Shown here piece by piece: positions 61,205 to 64,000 of a stretch of 64,000 bases of DNA (the stretch's first letter is position 1; each line of letters opens with the position of its first letter). The translations under genes and the position numbers were made by a program. The notes beneath the pieces were generated by a model, which searched no databases, was not told the DNA's origin, and was given only the letters and a program-made list of their open reading frames with translations. Origin of the DNA: the human T2T-CHM13v2.0 reference genome, Homo sapiens; assembly GCF_009914755.1 (NCBI RefSeq), contig NC_060929.1; one strand, given 5' to 3'.

Positions 61205-61440
61205 GCAGGGTGGTTAGAAGTGTGGATTCTGGAACTTAATAGCTTGTGTGTGAAACCTGGCTTCATTCATTACCAGCTGGTAACTTGGGCTAGGTACTTA
61301 GCATCTCCAAGCCTCAGTTTTCTCATCTGTGAAATGTGGATGATAATATTATTTATCTTGCTGTCATTGTTGTAAAGATTGTTAACCTAGTGATTGGCAC
61401 ATTAGTTAAGTGCTCATAAAAATTAGCTATGGTTATTATG
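61205..61440 (+). mobile_element. MIR SINE
   Basis: aagcctcagttttctcatctgtgaaatgtggatgataat core. Confidence 0.8.
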
Positions 61441-61794
61441 AGACTTAAAAATTATTATTATGCCATAAATACAGATATAGATAGATATAGATATAGACAT
61501 AGATATAGATATAATCCTGTGTTCATGGCTGAGAAATGGTTTATATAATCAAGAAAGGAAGGAAGGTAGCTAAGCTCAAGAGAAAATATTACTAGAAATA
61601 TGTTGACATGTGAGCAAGAAGCAAAGGCAAATTTCCCTAAAACAAATTGTGGCAGTACACACTGGGATGTCATGGATAGCAAGAGGCAGAATTACAACTG
61701 GCTCCCCAGCAATTGCTTATAACCTGATAGGAATGCATTTCAAATGTGGACGTTATCCTTCAATGGTGCACCTGCCAACATCACTGTTTTAAAG

Positions 61795-62071
61795 AAGTGA
61801 TTTTCAACTTTGTTTGCACAACAGAATCATCTGGGGAGCTTTTAAAAATGTACAGATTTCTAAATCCCACTCCAGACCAGTCGATTCAGAATCTTTGGGA
61901 GATTCAGACACTCATATCGAATGGACAGCCAGGACTAAGAATCATTGCCTTGGAGCAATGGTTCTCAAACTGGAGCATGCATCAGAATCACACAGAGAGC
62001 CTCTGTAAACACAGATGGCTGGACCCCACCCCTGGGGTTTTAGATTCAGTAGATATGCAGTGGGGCCCAAG
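61795..62071. mobile_element. MER5-family hAT elements (tandem; the second resumes at about 62620-62680)
   Basis: cagaatcatctggggagctttt; caatggttctcaaact...catcagaatcac; later cacacttcgagaaccactg. Confidence 0.75.
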
Positions 62072-62584
62072 TGGCAATGCCCTTCAGCCCAAGACCACCA
62101 GAAACACAGCTGTAGTTAACCAAGTTGGTCTTATTATTTGTTGTAGCCAGGGACAGCACACCATGGGAAATATGAGTGTCCCAGTAAGGTGTGAATAAGA
62201 TCCTACAATAGGATTTGGGCTTTGGTTGAGTGATTTGAAACTTTAAGAAAGCAAGTGTTTGCTCTAGATTGGGTGCTGCTGGAAAGTGGATACCATTCTA
62301 TGATTGGCTGTCTAAATAAGTTTTATCTATAAAGAGCAGAGACTAGCAAGAGGATAAGCTGTACTTGGTAAACAAGTGGCAGCCACTCATTGTGGCCAAG
62401 AGAGGATGTTTGGCAGTTTGTAGGCTGCACAATGACCTTATTTTTATCTGTGTTTAGATAAAATTATGAAGTAGACTTGCTTTGTCTCATTTCTCATGGT
62501 CTGCAACCTTGTTTAGGGTTGGTGTTCTGTGAGACTGTTTAGTAGGAGAATGGCATGGCCTACTGTGGGTGCTTTAAAATGTCA
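62072..62584 (-). mobile_element. ERV-class solo LTR inserted in MER5 (subfamily not determined)
   Basis: About 510-bp block bounded by TG...CA that splits the MER5. Confidence 0.55.
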
Positions 62585-62939
62585 GGAACTGCCCTCCTCT
62601 TCCCATTTCCTATCCTGCCTGTTCCCCATGATGCTAATACTGCTAATACAGAGACTACCACACTTCGAGAACCACTGCCTAAGAGGATGAAGTGACCTGA
62701 GAACTACTGTTTGGAACAGGTGCAAAAGAAAAAATATACAAGTAAATACAATCTTGAAAAGCAAGGGAACAGAACTTCAAGACTAAAACAAAATAAGAAT
62801 AACAGATCCTAGCAGACAATGTACCCTGGGCAAACTGAGTAGATTAATGTAATGCACAGCTTTAAATGGATGGGATATGGCTGGCATCATCTGGTCATAC
62901 CCCTCCTCTCCAGCTCCCAGCTGCCTTTCTTAACCAACT

Positions 62940-63260
62940 TCCAATTAAGGCCTTTGTGCTTTCTATGTCCTTTGCCTAGAACTGGTGCATTTTTCACCTG
63001 CTTCTTACTCATTCTTTATGTCTCATTTAAAAACGTCTCTTCTTCCAATAGGCCTTCTCAAAACCCACTCCCTCTTAGTAAACTAACTTCCCTTTTAGTC
63101 ACTATCATATTTTCTTTTTCTTTAATGCATCAATCATAATTTATCATTAGATATTTATTCTTATGATGGTTGATTCCATTTGTCTGTCACTTCCACTAAA
63201 CTGTGAGCTCCCTGTGAGTAGGAACCATACCTATCTTGGTGACCACTGTCTCTTTCACTT
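62940..63260 (+). mobile_element. LINE-2 3' fragment
   Basis: ggcctttgtgctt...cactaaactgtgagctccctgtgagtaggaacc. Confidence 0.65.
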
Positions 63261-64000
63261 TTAGAAGAACACTGGAAGGGAAGGACCCACTTCCTTCCTC
63301 CGCATGCATCGAATGTCCAGTGAGTCCCTATTTTCCTGTATCCAGTATAATACACACTAGATCTTTAAAAAATTCTCGATTGCTTTGGCTTACAATGACA
63401 CTCTGTTTTTCATTGCTTTTATAAATCCCAAAAAACACTTTATATTTTTATTTTATTATTTCAATAAACATTACAAAGTATGTGATGGAAATCTATATAC
63501 GCAATGAAACTTGAGTTTCACACCATAACAGACCATGATTTGTTATCAAGACCTCTTTGCCTTGATTCAATCTGATGGTTGCTCTTTTAGTTGTTGTTTC
63601 ATGCTCACTATTAGAAAGCTAATAGGGACTAACATTAAATGAATTTTTTTCCTTTGGGCACTTCACTTGTTTGAGATATATTTCTTGGGTTTGTTGTTTC
63701 AATTAAGTGTTCTGACACACTTCTCTTAACCCTTCTTCTGGGGCTGGGCTTGATACAATAGCCTTCTTGGCTGTGAATCTGGGATGGGAGAAGATATTTC
63801 GCCAAGAATGGTATCCAGCAAGGTCTCAGGAGTTTTAAGCTTCAAGCTAAACTGTGTCCTGTTCAGATCTGGTTTAGTTGACTCCCTAATACTGAATTCA
63901 AATGACTCAAAATGCTCGTAAAATGGTAACAGAAGATTCTGTGTACATCAAACAGCTCTTACTGAACATCACTTTAATGAGTTCAGTGTAAATGAAACAG

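Overview
Primate (probably human or great-ape) repeat-rich genomic DNA with no intact protein-coding gene. Most of the window is LINE-1 of many ages, including one near full-length L1PA2/3-type element with TSDs. The rest is Alu, MIR, L2, CR1, MaLR/ERV LTRs and DNA-transposon relics. The main non-repeat feature is a 5'-truncated processed copy of DICER1 mRNA (about 43962-48503, + strand). It keeps an open 84-codon frame covering only the C-terminal dsRBD, plus about 4.3 kb of 3'UTR, the AATAAA and a poly(A) that runs directly into an L1 3' end, with no visible TSD. The retrocopy lies between two inverted young L1s (6174-12194 + and 54238-57666 -). These share near-identical patches carrying the same non-consensus bases, which suggests ectopic gene conversion and a possible inversion-prone segment. 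Also seen: a 548-bp orphan insert with a perfect 16-bp TSD, a 55-bp duplication 1100 bp apart, and a MER6>MaLR>L1 nest. Repeat subfamily names and all comparisons to DICER1 or L1 consensus come from recall, not from a search; boundaries of old repeats are approximate.
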